This document shows positions 57,096 through 64,000 of a stretch of DNA of 64,000 nt, piece by piece. The stretch lies in the IMG/VR virus record IMGVR_UViG_3300020045_002727, positions 1 to 64,000 of that record; one strand, 5' to 3'. A program made the translations under genes and the position numbers. The stretch's first letter is position 1; the number at the start of each line of letters is the position of its first letter. This stretch comes from a virus. Taxonomy: Duplodnaviria; Caudoviricetes. The notes under the pieces are model-generated. The model was given only the letters and a program-made list of their open reading frames with translations, did no database searches and was not told the DNA's origin.

Positions 57096-57637
57096 TCGTT
57101 AACCTCCCCTTTTACTTTTCTAAATACTTTCCAGATGCTATCTGCTATTGTTGATACTTTACCAATAATATCAAAACCTGCTCTTTTTAAGTTTTCAAAT
57201 ATAGAGCTATATGCTTCAATAGCTATACATGCTCCAATTGTTATCTCAGTTAATGTTAATGTTTTTGTCTTTAAATACGAAAAATTAAAAGTCTTATTGA
57301 AGAATAAACTATCAACTGTGTAGATTAGTAAGATTACCAAAGTGTAACCTATTAACTTCACCACTGATGACCTCATTTTCTTACTCTCTAATATGAAACC
57401 TGTATCTGGTCTTACTGCTGTACCATTTTTAACTTCTATATAAGAAGCTAACACACCAGTTAAAAAGTCAACTGTGTATGCAATAAAGAAGATGGTAAGT
57501 AATACTTGAAGTGTTGTAAATGTAGATAATAGTACTGTCAAAGACAATAGTATTCTACCTCCCCAAGTTTGAAATAGGAGTAAAAGTTTCATAAATAAGT
57601 GCTTAAATATTTCGTAATAGACACTAAAATCTTTCAT
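57092..57637 (-). CDS. holin
   Basis: Three TM segments, DFLTGVLAS...S.KMRSSVVKL, SIFENLKRAG; overlaps endolysin start. Confidence 0.8.
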   Translation of the reverse strand: MKDFSVYYEIFKHLFMKLLLLFQTWGGRILLSLTVLLSTFTTLQVLLTIFFIAYTVDFLTGVLASYIEVKNGTAVRPDTGFILESKKMRSSVVKLIGYTLVILLIYTVDSLFFNKTFNFSYLKTKTLTLTEITIGACIAIEAYSSIFENLKRAGFDIIGKVSTIADSIWKVFRKVKGEVNE

Positions 57638-57653
57638 AGTGTTTGTTTAATTA

Positions 57654-57671
57654 TTATCTTTGCAAAGATAA
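57654..57671. promoter_or_regulatory. perfect 18-bp palindrome forming two overlapping divergent -7 elements
   Basis: TTATCTTTGCAAAGATAA. Confidence 0.75.
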
Positions 57672-57693
57672 ACTAAAAAGTAAAACATTAATT

Positions 57694-57942
57694 ATGGGAG
57701 ATAGTACCAAGTATTACCAAACGAATCCAGAAGCTCGTAAGAAAAAAGCTGCAACGGATAAGAAGATAAACGCAAGACCTGCACAAGTTAAAAAAAGAAC
57801 TGAATCAAATGCTAAAAGAGCAGAAGCAAAAAAGAAAGGTCAGAATATCCAAGGGAAGGATTATGACCATTCTGTTAATCGATTTGTGAAGTCATCAGTG
57901 AACAGAGGTAGAGCTGGTGAAGGAGGTCGTAAAAAGAAATAA
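57694..57942 (+). CDS. small basic protein with HNH-like DH...NR motif (start revised)
   Basis: KDYDH...SSVNRG; very Lys/Arg-rich. Confidence 0.55.
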   Translation: MGDSTKYYQTNPEARKKKAATDKKINARPAQVKKRTESNAKRAEAKKKGQNIQGKDYDHSVNRFVKSSVNRGRAGEGGRKKK

Positions 57943-58537
57943 AATGGAAACAAATTTAATTAAATTAAAAAAATCAGAAGAGGTTAGTACCAAACTTCAA
58001 AACAGAACTAAAAACAAAGCTAAAGAATTTAATGAGGTCATTTTTAAAAGAGTGGGTAGAGTTAAGAAACCTACAAAGACTTTTCATCAGAATTTATCTT
58101 ATGACTTTCTACAATACATCAGGATTATCTTTAAATGGGCTTGTAGCAATTATGAAATTAGTAGACCACATCTTGAATTATTGTTAGGGATATATCCGCT
58201 GGGTGTTTTCAAGAAAGCAGAATTTGAGATATTTTGTAGAACCATTGATATGAACTCTAAAAGGTTATTTACTACAATGGTCGAAGATGGTTGGATTAAA
58301 TTATGGAGACCTTACAAAAGAGGTCAATCAGCTTTGTATTGTTTAACTACAAAAGGTAAAGTGATGTGTGGTAAGATTCATAAAATGTGTTTAGGTGAAT
58401 CTAAAATACCTGAGTATAAATATGGTAATGCTTTGATGACTTCTGGTAAAGCAGTTGATAAGTTCTATATGGAAGCTATTAAGAAAATGAATCAAAGGAA
58501 AATAGAGGATGCTAAGGATGTCGTAGATGAAGAATAA
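57917..58537 (+). CDS. MarR-like winged-helix protein
   Basis: LELLL.IY..G.F....F.......L...GWI..WR......LY.LT.KG pattern; true start may be 57944. Confidence 0.6.
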   Translation: MKEVVKRNKMETNLIKLKKSEEVSTKLQNRTKNKAKEFNEVIFKRVGRVKKPTKTFHQNLSYDFLQYIRIIFKWACSNYEISRPHLELLLGIYPLGVFKKAEFEIFCRTIDMNSKRLFTTMVEDGWIKLWRPYKRGQSALYCLTTKGKVMCGKIHKMCLGESKIPEYKYGNALMTSGKAVDKFYMEAIKKMNQRKIEDAKDVVDEE

Positions 58538-58538
58538 T

Positions 58539-58572
58539 AAAAAACCCCGTTGGAGAAATCCTTCGGGGTTTT
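58539..58572. terminator. bidirectional terminator
   Basis: A run-CCCCG-TT-GGAGAAATCC-TT-CGGGG-T run. Confidence 0.82.
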
Positions 58573-58575
58573 GTT

Positions 58576-59181
58576 TTATACTCTAACAAATGTATAAACT
58601 ATAGATGAGTTAGAATTTGCACCATCACCTCTATTTGCTAGAGCGTGGCTAATTACTGTATTTGGGTTTAATGTTGGTTGAGTTCCAACGTCAAAAGTTA
58701 TAGTTATAGGTGTTATTGCTTCTGCTTTGACTGCTCCTATTTGTGGTCTACTTGATAATATGATTTGTTCATTTGTCTTACCTGATAATGTGTTTTCGTG
58801 AGTGAAAACACGTAATTCAAAGTCAGCGGAAATACTTCCAGAATTAGTTACTAAAAGCGTTGCTGATTGCAGCTTGTATTGGTAAGGTGGTAAAACGATA
58901 CCTATTGTTTGACCTGTTGTTAGAGGGTCGTTACCAATATTTACACTCATTGTATTATTCCATCCTGAACCACTAGGTTGAGTTAAAAAGTTAGTACTTC
59001 CACCTGTTAATATCCTATCTCCGTTATAGAACTCAGATGCATCCCAAGTTAGTGTTATTACTTCATTTGGTGTGTTTGATGTACTTTCTGACTTGTCGAC
59101 CAACAAAGCTATATCAGATTGTTGAATGGTTGATAAATCTCCTTTACCTCTACCATTTAGTGTATATATTTGATATTTCAT
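58576..59181 (-). CDS. putative tail fibre/spike protein, paralogue B
   Basis: Shares its first ~30 aa with the upstream gene; beta-rich C-terminus. Confidence 0.55.
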   Translation of the reverse strand: MKYQIYTLNGRGKGDLSTIQQSDIALLVDKSESTSNTPNEVITLTWDASEFYNGDRILTGGSTNFLTQPSGSGWNNTMSVNIGNDPLTTGQTIGIVLPPYQYKLQSATLLVTNSGSISADFELRVFTHENTLSGKTNEQIILSSRPQIGAVKAEAITPITITFDVGTQPTLNPNTVISHALANRGDGANSNSSIVYTFVRV

Positions 59182-59951
59182 TAGTCTGTTGTTTTTGTGT
59201 ATTCTATTGTCAAGTTACCAGATGCAGATGGGTCAAAAGCAATTACTGTCCCTGTACCTAAATTAAGCTCTAAATATTTAATGTAAATGTCATCTACATC
59301 AGGCTCGAAAGTAGCTTGTAAATACTTGATAAAAGGAACGTCTATCCTAATGAACTCCGTTACTCTTCTCCCATCGATAGAAGATAAGGATACTTTTTTA
59401 TCTATAGGAGTATCTACGTTTAAACCTAAAGTTGATGTATTTATAACTGCAACTCCATCAGTTAATGTGAATGGGATTACCTTCCTATAAATTGGCTTAC
59501 CATCAATCCATTTTCCACCTGTGTTAATTTCATCAGTGGAGTAACTATGCTGTTTATCTGTATAAATCTTTTGAGGGTAATCTAAGTCTGATATTTGTTC
59601 AGATAAATCCGTTTCTGCTGTTATCCCTTTAAAATCTGGATTATTAGATGACAACTGAAAAGAGTTATGAGAAAGACTTGTGATAGTTAGTAAATCAAAA
59701 CCATTAATTATAAGTTGGACATCGGCTGATTGTAGTTTTACCGAATTATAACTCACTTCATCATCATTTAATACTTTAGTTTGAAATGTGTTAAATACTT
59801 CTAAATCTCCTGTTATAGGTCTCCCAACTTCTGTACCTGTTAAAGGGATGAAGTTATTAGTATTATCTACTAATAGCTTAATGTCCTCTTGTTGAACAGA
59901 GGATAAGTCTCCTTTTCCTCTGTCGTTTAATGTGTATATTTGATACTTCAT
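59181..59951 (-). CDS. putative tail fibre protein, paralogue A
   Basis: YSTDEINTGGKWIDGKPIYRKV motif common in fibre C-termini. Confidence 0.65.
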   Translation of the reverse strand: MKYQIYTLNDRGKGDLSSVQQEDIKLLVDNTNNFIPLTGTEVGRPITGDLEVFNTFQTKVLNDDEVSYNSVKLQSADVQLIINGFDLLTITSLSHNSFQLSSNNPDFKGITAETDLSEQISDLDYPQKIYTDKQHSYSTDEINTGGKWIDGKPIYRKVIPFTLTDGVAVINTSTLGLNVDTPIDKKVSLSSIDGRRVTEFIRIDVPFIKYLQATFEPDVDDIYIKYLELNLGTGTVIAFDPSASGNLTIEYTKTTD

Positions 59952-59953
59952 AA

Positions 59954-60691
59954 TTATAAGCAGAATGAATCAACTACTACGTTAATGTCAGCATCTGGGT
60001 AGTAATTTATTGTTAATGGGTCTAAAGAATCTGTTGTTAAGTTTGATAAACTCATCTTACATTGATAGGTATCATAAGTAAAAATGCTGTTGTTTATATT
60101 ATTTTGGTATATCTTATCTCCTACAACGGGTAAATCTCCAGCTCCATCATGGTACACTGGTATGTTCGTAACACCACTCGCTGAACAAGCATCAACTAAA
60201 GAAGATTCAGAAACATAAAATAATTTTCTTGTTGGTTCAGTCACTTTCCAATAAACATTTTGTTTCTCTGTAACCACTCCACCATTATTAGCAATGTAAG
60301 TTGCTAAAGCATCTGGAACATCTTCCCATGTATAAGTGTTCATTAAATCTGCCAGAGTTAATGTGTAGTATGTAGGGATGTTGTCTTGGTCTAAACTTGG
60401 GGTTGTCCCACCCCCATTAAAATTTATAAGTGGGTTCAAGGCTGCTATAACTTCTGTTATGTCAGTACTAACTACACCGTCTATTTCTATCTCACTTAGT
60501 AATGTTGAAGGCATGATAGGTTTATCATTCTCAATATAATCTAAACGTAATTTCAACTTGTCTAAATCTAATCCAGAGTTTGTTTGCTCCATGTCAGTAT
60601 AGACGATTTTAAATAGACCTTTAGCATAAGGTAGACCATCTAATGTGAATAATTTTGTGTCATCAATAACACTTGTTTCAAAAATTACCAT
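59954..60691 (-). CDS. putative structural protein
   Basis: First gene after a late promoter; C-terminal GDLPVVGDKIY beta domain. Confidence 0.5.
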   Translation of the reverse strand: MVIFETSVIDDTKLFTLDGLPYAKGLFKIVYTDMEQTNSGLDLDKLKLRLDYIENDKPIMPSTLLSEIEIDGVVSTDITEVIAALNPLINFNGGGTTPSLDQDNIPTYYTLTLADLMNTYTWEDVPDALATYIANNGGVVTEKQNVYWKVTEPTRKLFYVSESSLVDACSASGVTNIPVYHDGAGDLPVVGDKIYQNNINNSIFTYDTYQCKMSLSNLTTDSLDPLTINYYPDADINVVVDSFCL

Positions 60692-60716
60692 AGTTTTTTG
60701 TTTTTATATGTTTATG

Positions 60717-60762
60717 CAAAGATAATAAAAAAGGTCTAACCAACTTTATTGATTAGACCTTG
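60717..60762 (-). terminator. terminator of tRNA array 2 overlapping a TATCTTTG promoter
   Basis: AAGGTCTAA/TTAGACCTT hairpin, T run, then TATCTTTGCA. Confidence 0.75.
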
Positions 60763-60765
60763 TTG

Positions 60766-60836
60766 AAATCATATTGGGAGTCGAACCCAAACCTTTAATT
60801 TTGCAGACTAAATGCTTAACCGTCAGCCTTATGATT
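60766..60836 (-). tRNA. tRNA-Cys(GCA)
   Basis: AATCATA/TATGATT, TTAGT-CTGCAAA-ATTAA, U73. Confidence 0.88.
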
Positions 60837-60838
60837 TG

Positions 60839-60911
60839 TGGGGCAGGTGAGAATCGAACTCACTCCTCTGGTTTTTCAGACCAACGCTTCTACCAAGTTA
60901 GCTTCTCCCCC
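60839..60911 (-). tRNA. tRNA-Phe(GAA)
   Basis: TTGGT-CTGAAAA-ACCAG, GTGAG-TTCGATT-CTCAC. Confidence 0.9.
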
Positions 60912-60962
60912 AGTATAGCCTTAATCAGTTATAAACAATGTTTATAGCCTTTTAAGGTTTTG

Positions 60963-61031
60963 CACAACCCCAAGGAATCGAACCTTGTCCTACACTTTTG
61001 GAGAGTGTTTGGCTGCCATAGCCTGAGAAGT
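60963..61031 (-). tRNA. tRNA-Trp(CCA)
   Basis: ACACT-CTCCAAA-AGTGT; weak acceptor stem ACTTCTC/GGGTTGT. Confidence 0.78.
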
Positions 61032-61036
61032 AGTTG

Positions 61037-61108
61037 CTGCTCCTAATGGACTCGAACCATTATAAACTGATTAACAGTCAGCCGTAATTACCTTTATACG
61101 AAAGAGCA
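61037..61108 (-). tRNA. tRNA-Asn(GTT)
   Basis: TGCTCTT/AGGAGCA, GCTGA-CTGTTAA-TCAGT, G73. Confidence 0.92.
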
Positions 61109-61113
61109 TTTTG

Positions 61114-61198
61114 CAGAAAGTAAAGGTCTCGAACCCTATGCGAATAAACGCACCACAATCTTAGCAGGATGTGCTGACACCTAGTCAGTCTACTTTCT
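61114..61198 (-). tRNA. tRNA-Ser(GCT)
   Basis: AGAAAGT/ACTTTCT, loop CTGCTAA, variable arm GTGCG/CGCAT; imperfect anticodon stem. Confidence 0.82.
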
Positions 61199-61203
61199 AT
61201 TTG

Positions 61204-61289
61204 CAGAAGATAGAGAAATCGAATCCCCATCAGGTACTACCCGATGCCATGGGGTTCAAGCCCACTTTGTCACCTTGACGGTATCTTCT
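61204..61289 (-). tRNA. tRNA-Ser(TGA)
   Basis: AGAAGAT/ATCTTCT, GTGGG-CTTGAAC-CCCAT, long variable arm. Confidence 0.88.
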
Positions 61290-61365
61290 ATAATCGTATC
61301 GAGACTTCTGACGTAAGCAGTGTATATAATACTTACCGAATTAACTCCCTTTATGAGACTCAACG

Positions 61366-61446
61366 TGGGGAGGTGTGGACTCGAACCACTCCCTTGCGGA
61401 CGGATTTTACAGACCCGTTGCTAAATCCAATTAGCTTTACTACCCC
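61366..61446 (-). tRNA. tRNA-Tyr(GTA)
   Basis: ACGGGT-CTGTAAA-ATCCGT, CC-GCAA-GG variable arm. Confidence 0.9.
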
Positions 61447-61454
61447 AAAATGAT

Positions 61455-61483
61455 AAAGCCTCCAATCTTTCGAGAGGAGGCTT
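61455..61483 (-). terminator. terminator/attenuator hairpin before tRNA array 2
   Basis: AAGCCTCCTCTCGAAAGATTGGAGGCTTT; one nt different from the 22781 hairpin. Confidence 0.75.
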
Positions 61484-61511
61484 AAATTTTCAAACTATAA
61501 ATAGCTTCACA

Positions 61512-61583
61512 TTAAGACATGTCCTCTCGATAGCCATTCCAGCTATAGAAATTAAACGAGTTATATGTGTTACAATTTTTCAT
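61512..61583 (-). CDS. putative leader peptide MKNCNTYNSFNFYSWNGYREDMS
   Basis: Hand-translated 23-aa ORF ending ~30 nt before the hairpin. Confidence 0.45.
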   Translation of the reverse strand: MKNCNTYNSFNFYSWNGYREDMS

Positions 61584-61605
61584 AATTTTGATTTTTAAAC
61601 CGTTA

Positions 61606-61899
61606 TTAAACAGTTGTTGCAATTTCGATGTTTGGTGCAATTTCATCCAATACGAATGTGTATGCTCCAGTTGCTTTCACTATTGTTGCAGTGAACACAA
61701 AAATTTTGTAAGGTGTTTTACCTGTTAAAACTACTTTAGCTGCTGTAATGTCTGTTACCAATGCTGGATTTTTAGCATAAGTTTCTTCAACTTCCCTTAC
61801 TTTTGCAATAGCCGCTTCAACAGCTTCATAAGTTAAAACTCCTGCGCTTGTACATGAGAATGTAATATCTCTTAATCCTGTTCCGTAAACTCCTGCCAT
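61606..61899 (-). CDS. small protein with own promoter (TATCTTTG at 61929-61936), highly expressed-type codons
   Basis: ORF track; GCT/ACA/GTA-rich like the capsid gene. Confidence 0.7.
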   Translation of the reverse strand: MAGVYGTGLRDITFSCTSAGVLTYEAVEAAIAKVREVEETYAKNPALVTDITAAKVVLTGKTPYKIFVFTATIVKATGAYTFVLDEIAPNIEIATTV

Positions 61900-61967
61900 A
61901 ATATTTTTCCTTTAGTTATTATTTTCAGCAAAGATAATAAAAATTTTACACGATGTTTTTAATTTTA

Positions 61968-62099
61968 CTAATTATCTGATTCATAGGCTTTTTGACAAGC
62001 CTTATCACAGAAGTCAGTATCACATGGTTCTCCGCAATACAAGCAGTCATTCTCTTTTTCTTCTGGTGGTGATTCTAGTTTCCAATTATCATAGTCCAT
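61968..62099 (-). CDS. 43-aa Cys4 zinc-finger-like protein
   Basis: MDYDNWKLESPPEEKENDCLYCGEPCDTDFCDKACQKAYESDN (hand-translated). Confidence 0.6.
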   Translation of the reverse strand: MDYDNWKLESPPEEKENDCLYCGEPCDTDFCDKACQKAYESDN

Positions 62100-62232
62100 A
62101 ATTTCTAATTAAAGTTTGCACTCTCCTTCTTTCATCAACTAAAGTTTCATCATTAGCCCCCATGTTATAAAGTTCGTCTAACTTATCTTCAATTGATTTT
62201 AATTCTTCTAGTAATTCTTTCATAATGCAAAT

Positions 62233-62469
62233 TTAATCTTTTTTCTTATTCATGTCTTCTACTCTCTCACCGACTAAAAATGGTGTACTTGCAACAACTG
62301 TATTTAATCTTAATTTTACCTCTAACATTGCTAGAGCTTGTTTGTAAGCTATTGTAGCAATTTTGATGTTATCAGAAGGTGACTGTGGCGGCTTCATGTT
62401 AATGTAGGTTAATGCCACCTCTAATGCTATCTTGTCTAGGTACTCTTCATTATCTTTAAGAACTTGCAT
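62233..62469 (-). CDS. hypothetical protein
   Basis: ORF track. Confidence 0.6.
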   Translation of the reverse strand: MQVLKDNEEYLDKIALEVALTYINMKPPQSPSDNIKIATIAYKQALAMLEVKLRLNTVVASTPFLVGERVEDMNKKKD

Positions 62470-62668
62470 TGTGTTTGTTATAAATGTGATTTACCATTAA
62501 TATCTCAGATGGTTTCCAATTGTCTTTAGATAACCTTGTGTCTAAAGTTGGTCGGCTGATTCCGATTTCTAATGATAGTGATACTTTGTTGAATGATTTG
62601 AGTAATAGTGAGTTTACTTTACCATTGGTCGTTGTAGTGTCGTAAGTTAAACTATCCATTATTTCCAT
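62456..62668 (-). CDS. small HTH DNA-binding protein
   Basis: KVSLSLEIGISRPTLDTRL HTH-like segment. Confidence 0.6.
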   Translation of the reverse strand: MEIMDSLTYDTTTTNGKVNSLLLKSFNKVSLSLEIGISRPTLDTRLSKDNWKPSEILMVNHIYNKHNASS

Positions 62669-62913
62669 TTAAAATTTTGAATGTATTGCTCTACTTCATT
62701 GATTCTTTTCAATGCTACTTCAACGGATTCTGAACCTTTCGTGTATTCTTTTAGGAAAACCTGAAATGCCGTCTTGATGTCTGGGACATAATGGTTATCA
62801 GTATATTCATACAATTCTGTACCACCGTCTTTTTTGTTTCTTGTACGTTCTTCGTGGAATTGTAATATCACACCGTCATCGTAAGTTATTCTCCAATTAT
62901 CTGTTAGTTTCAT
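62659..62913 (-). CDS. hypothetical protein
   Basis: ORF track. Confidence 0.6.
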   Translation of the reverse strand: MKLTDNWRITYDDGVILQFHEERTRNKKDGGTELYEYTDNHYVPDIKTAFQVFLKEYTKGSESVEVALKRINEVEQYIQNFKWK

Positions 62914-62918
62914 TTTTC

Positions 62919-63887
62919 TTAGTTGTTTAAATTGTTAAAGTACCACACTCTAGCTTTATTTGATATAGCCGAGGTCACTTTTTTAATTTCTAGGTTGTTC
63001 TGTTCGATTGTATCTTTTTCTTCCTTTAAAACGTCTGAAATAACCCATCTTAAAAATTCACCAGTATTCTTCTGGGTTGTTTCAATTTGCATTTCTTTCA
63101 TGTAAGCTAGACCTTGTTCTAAACGATTGGTTGTACAAACGTTATCAACAAAATCGCTGATTTTACTTATTTGCTCAACATCAACTGAATTTAGTGTTTT
63201 AACTTTTGATACAGAATGTTTCTCACCTTTTGATTTGAATTTAAGCTCTGGGTTTGTTGTGCATGTGAATACAATACCTTCACCAATTCCAGATACACCA
63301 AATGCTTTGGCTACAGGACATTCATTTTCAACTTGAAGAGTCATTTCGATTAGCTTGTTTTGAGATAGCTCTGGGTTGTTGAAATCAATGTCGATTGAGA
63401 ATGTTTGAAATTGATTAATGTTGTAAATTTCTTGATTGGTGTCTGATACATTCGGTATGTTCACCCATTCATCATCGATTTTAATTGCAAAAACTACAAA
63501 CATTTTAGGTAATCCTGTGATACCTACACCTTTTTGGATATTACCACCACACCATTCACCGTAAATAGCCATGTAGTCTTTGTATTCAAAATCTGCAAAT
63601 AACATTGACAAGTCTTTCTGACTCATCTCAGCATAGAATCCAGCGTTATCAGAACCTTCCGATAAAACCCTCTCCCTTGATTGAAACTCTGTTCGACCAT
63701 CTGCGTATCGCACAATGGCGGCATTAGTCCCGTGGAGCTTTACAGTCCCCTCGAATCTTAATGTTGGGTAGGGTGATGTGTGAGCATAAATTGCATTACC
63801 TTCTTCGTCTAACCCTTGGAAATCATGTTGTGTTTTTACTTTGTGAACAATGTTTCTAAATTGTTCAGTACTTGGATATTTTTTCAT
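62919..63887 (-). CDS. RNA ligase, Rnl2 family
   Basis: KLHGTN (motif I), FQSR, YGEWCG, FVVFAI, GEGIV, FKSKGEK. Confidence 0.88.
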   Translation of the reverse strand: MKKYPSTEQFRNIVHKVKTQHDFQGLDEEGNAIYAHTSPYPTLRFEGTVKLHGTNAAIVRYADGRTEFQSRERVLSEGSDNAGFYAEMSQKDLSMLFADFEYKDYMAIYGEWCGGNIQKGVGITGLPKMFVVFAIKIDDEWVNIPNVSDTNQEIYNINQFQTFSIDIDFNNPELSQNKLIEMTLQVENECPVAKAFGVSGIGEGIVFTCTTNPELKFKSKGEKHSVSKVKTLNSVDVEQISKISDFVDNVCTTNRLEQGLAYMKEMQIETTQKNTGEFLRWVISDVLKEEKDTIEQNNLEIKKVTSAISNKARVWYFNNLNN

Positions 63888-64000
63888 GTTAAATGTATTT
63901 TATTGTTTTACCTTTTAATGACAGCTCCCTGATGTCATGTTCTTGAATTAATTTTTGTATTGTTTTGTCTACAAACTGACCACCCACGAATGAGATATAC

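Noticed and set aside
22859-61446. Absence of encoded CCA ends
   Set aside because: Common in phage and many bacterial tRNA genes; the host CCA-adding enzyme suffices
1-64000. Stop-codon reassignment or suppressor tRNA
   Set aside because: Long genes are intact under the standard code and no CTA/TCA/TTA anticodon was found; Leu(TAG) and Leu(TAA) are ordinary leucine anticodons
1-64000. CRISPR array
   Set aside because: No regularly spaced direct repeats; the only exact repeats are two-copy elements; the Cas4-like gene at 21797 is a common phage exonuclease

Overview
About 64 kb of an AT-rich lytic dsDNA tailed phage genome with podovirus-like architecture, almost certainly infecting a Bacteroidota (Flavobacteriia-like) host: promoters are TTG-N20-TAnnTTTG and starts are A-rich without Shine-Dalgarno. 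It recalls the ~70-80 kb Cellulophaga/Flavobacterium podoviruses, but that is from memory, not a search. The + strand (1-28.85 kb) carries early host-takeover genes (OM beta-barrel, CX5R phosphatase, PRS-like protein), a replication module (SSB, initiator, primpol-helicase, PolB, nucleases, nucleotide hydrolases, GroEL), a tRNA/ncRNA array and DNA ligase. The - strand (28.9-64 kb) carries virion genes (terminase, portal, scaffold, capsid, adaptors, tail, ejection proteins), two GroES-like genes, lysis genes, tail-fibre-like genes, a second tRNA array and an Rnl2-type RNA ligase. I read 20 decoding-type tRNAs. The most unusual content is non-coding: tRNA-shaped RNAs with destroyed anticodon loops, several unexplained structured RNAs between tRNAs, and matching short-leader-plus-terminator elements in front of both tRNA arrays. 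Also notable are a GroEL with single and tandem GroES genes, and a terminase with a duplicated TerS-like N-terminus. All family calls come from motif recognition by eye; no searches or folding programs were run.
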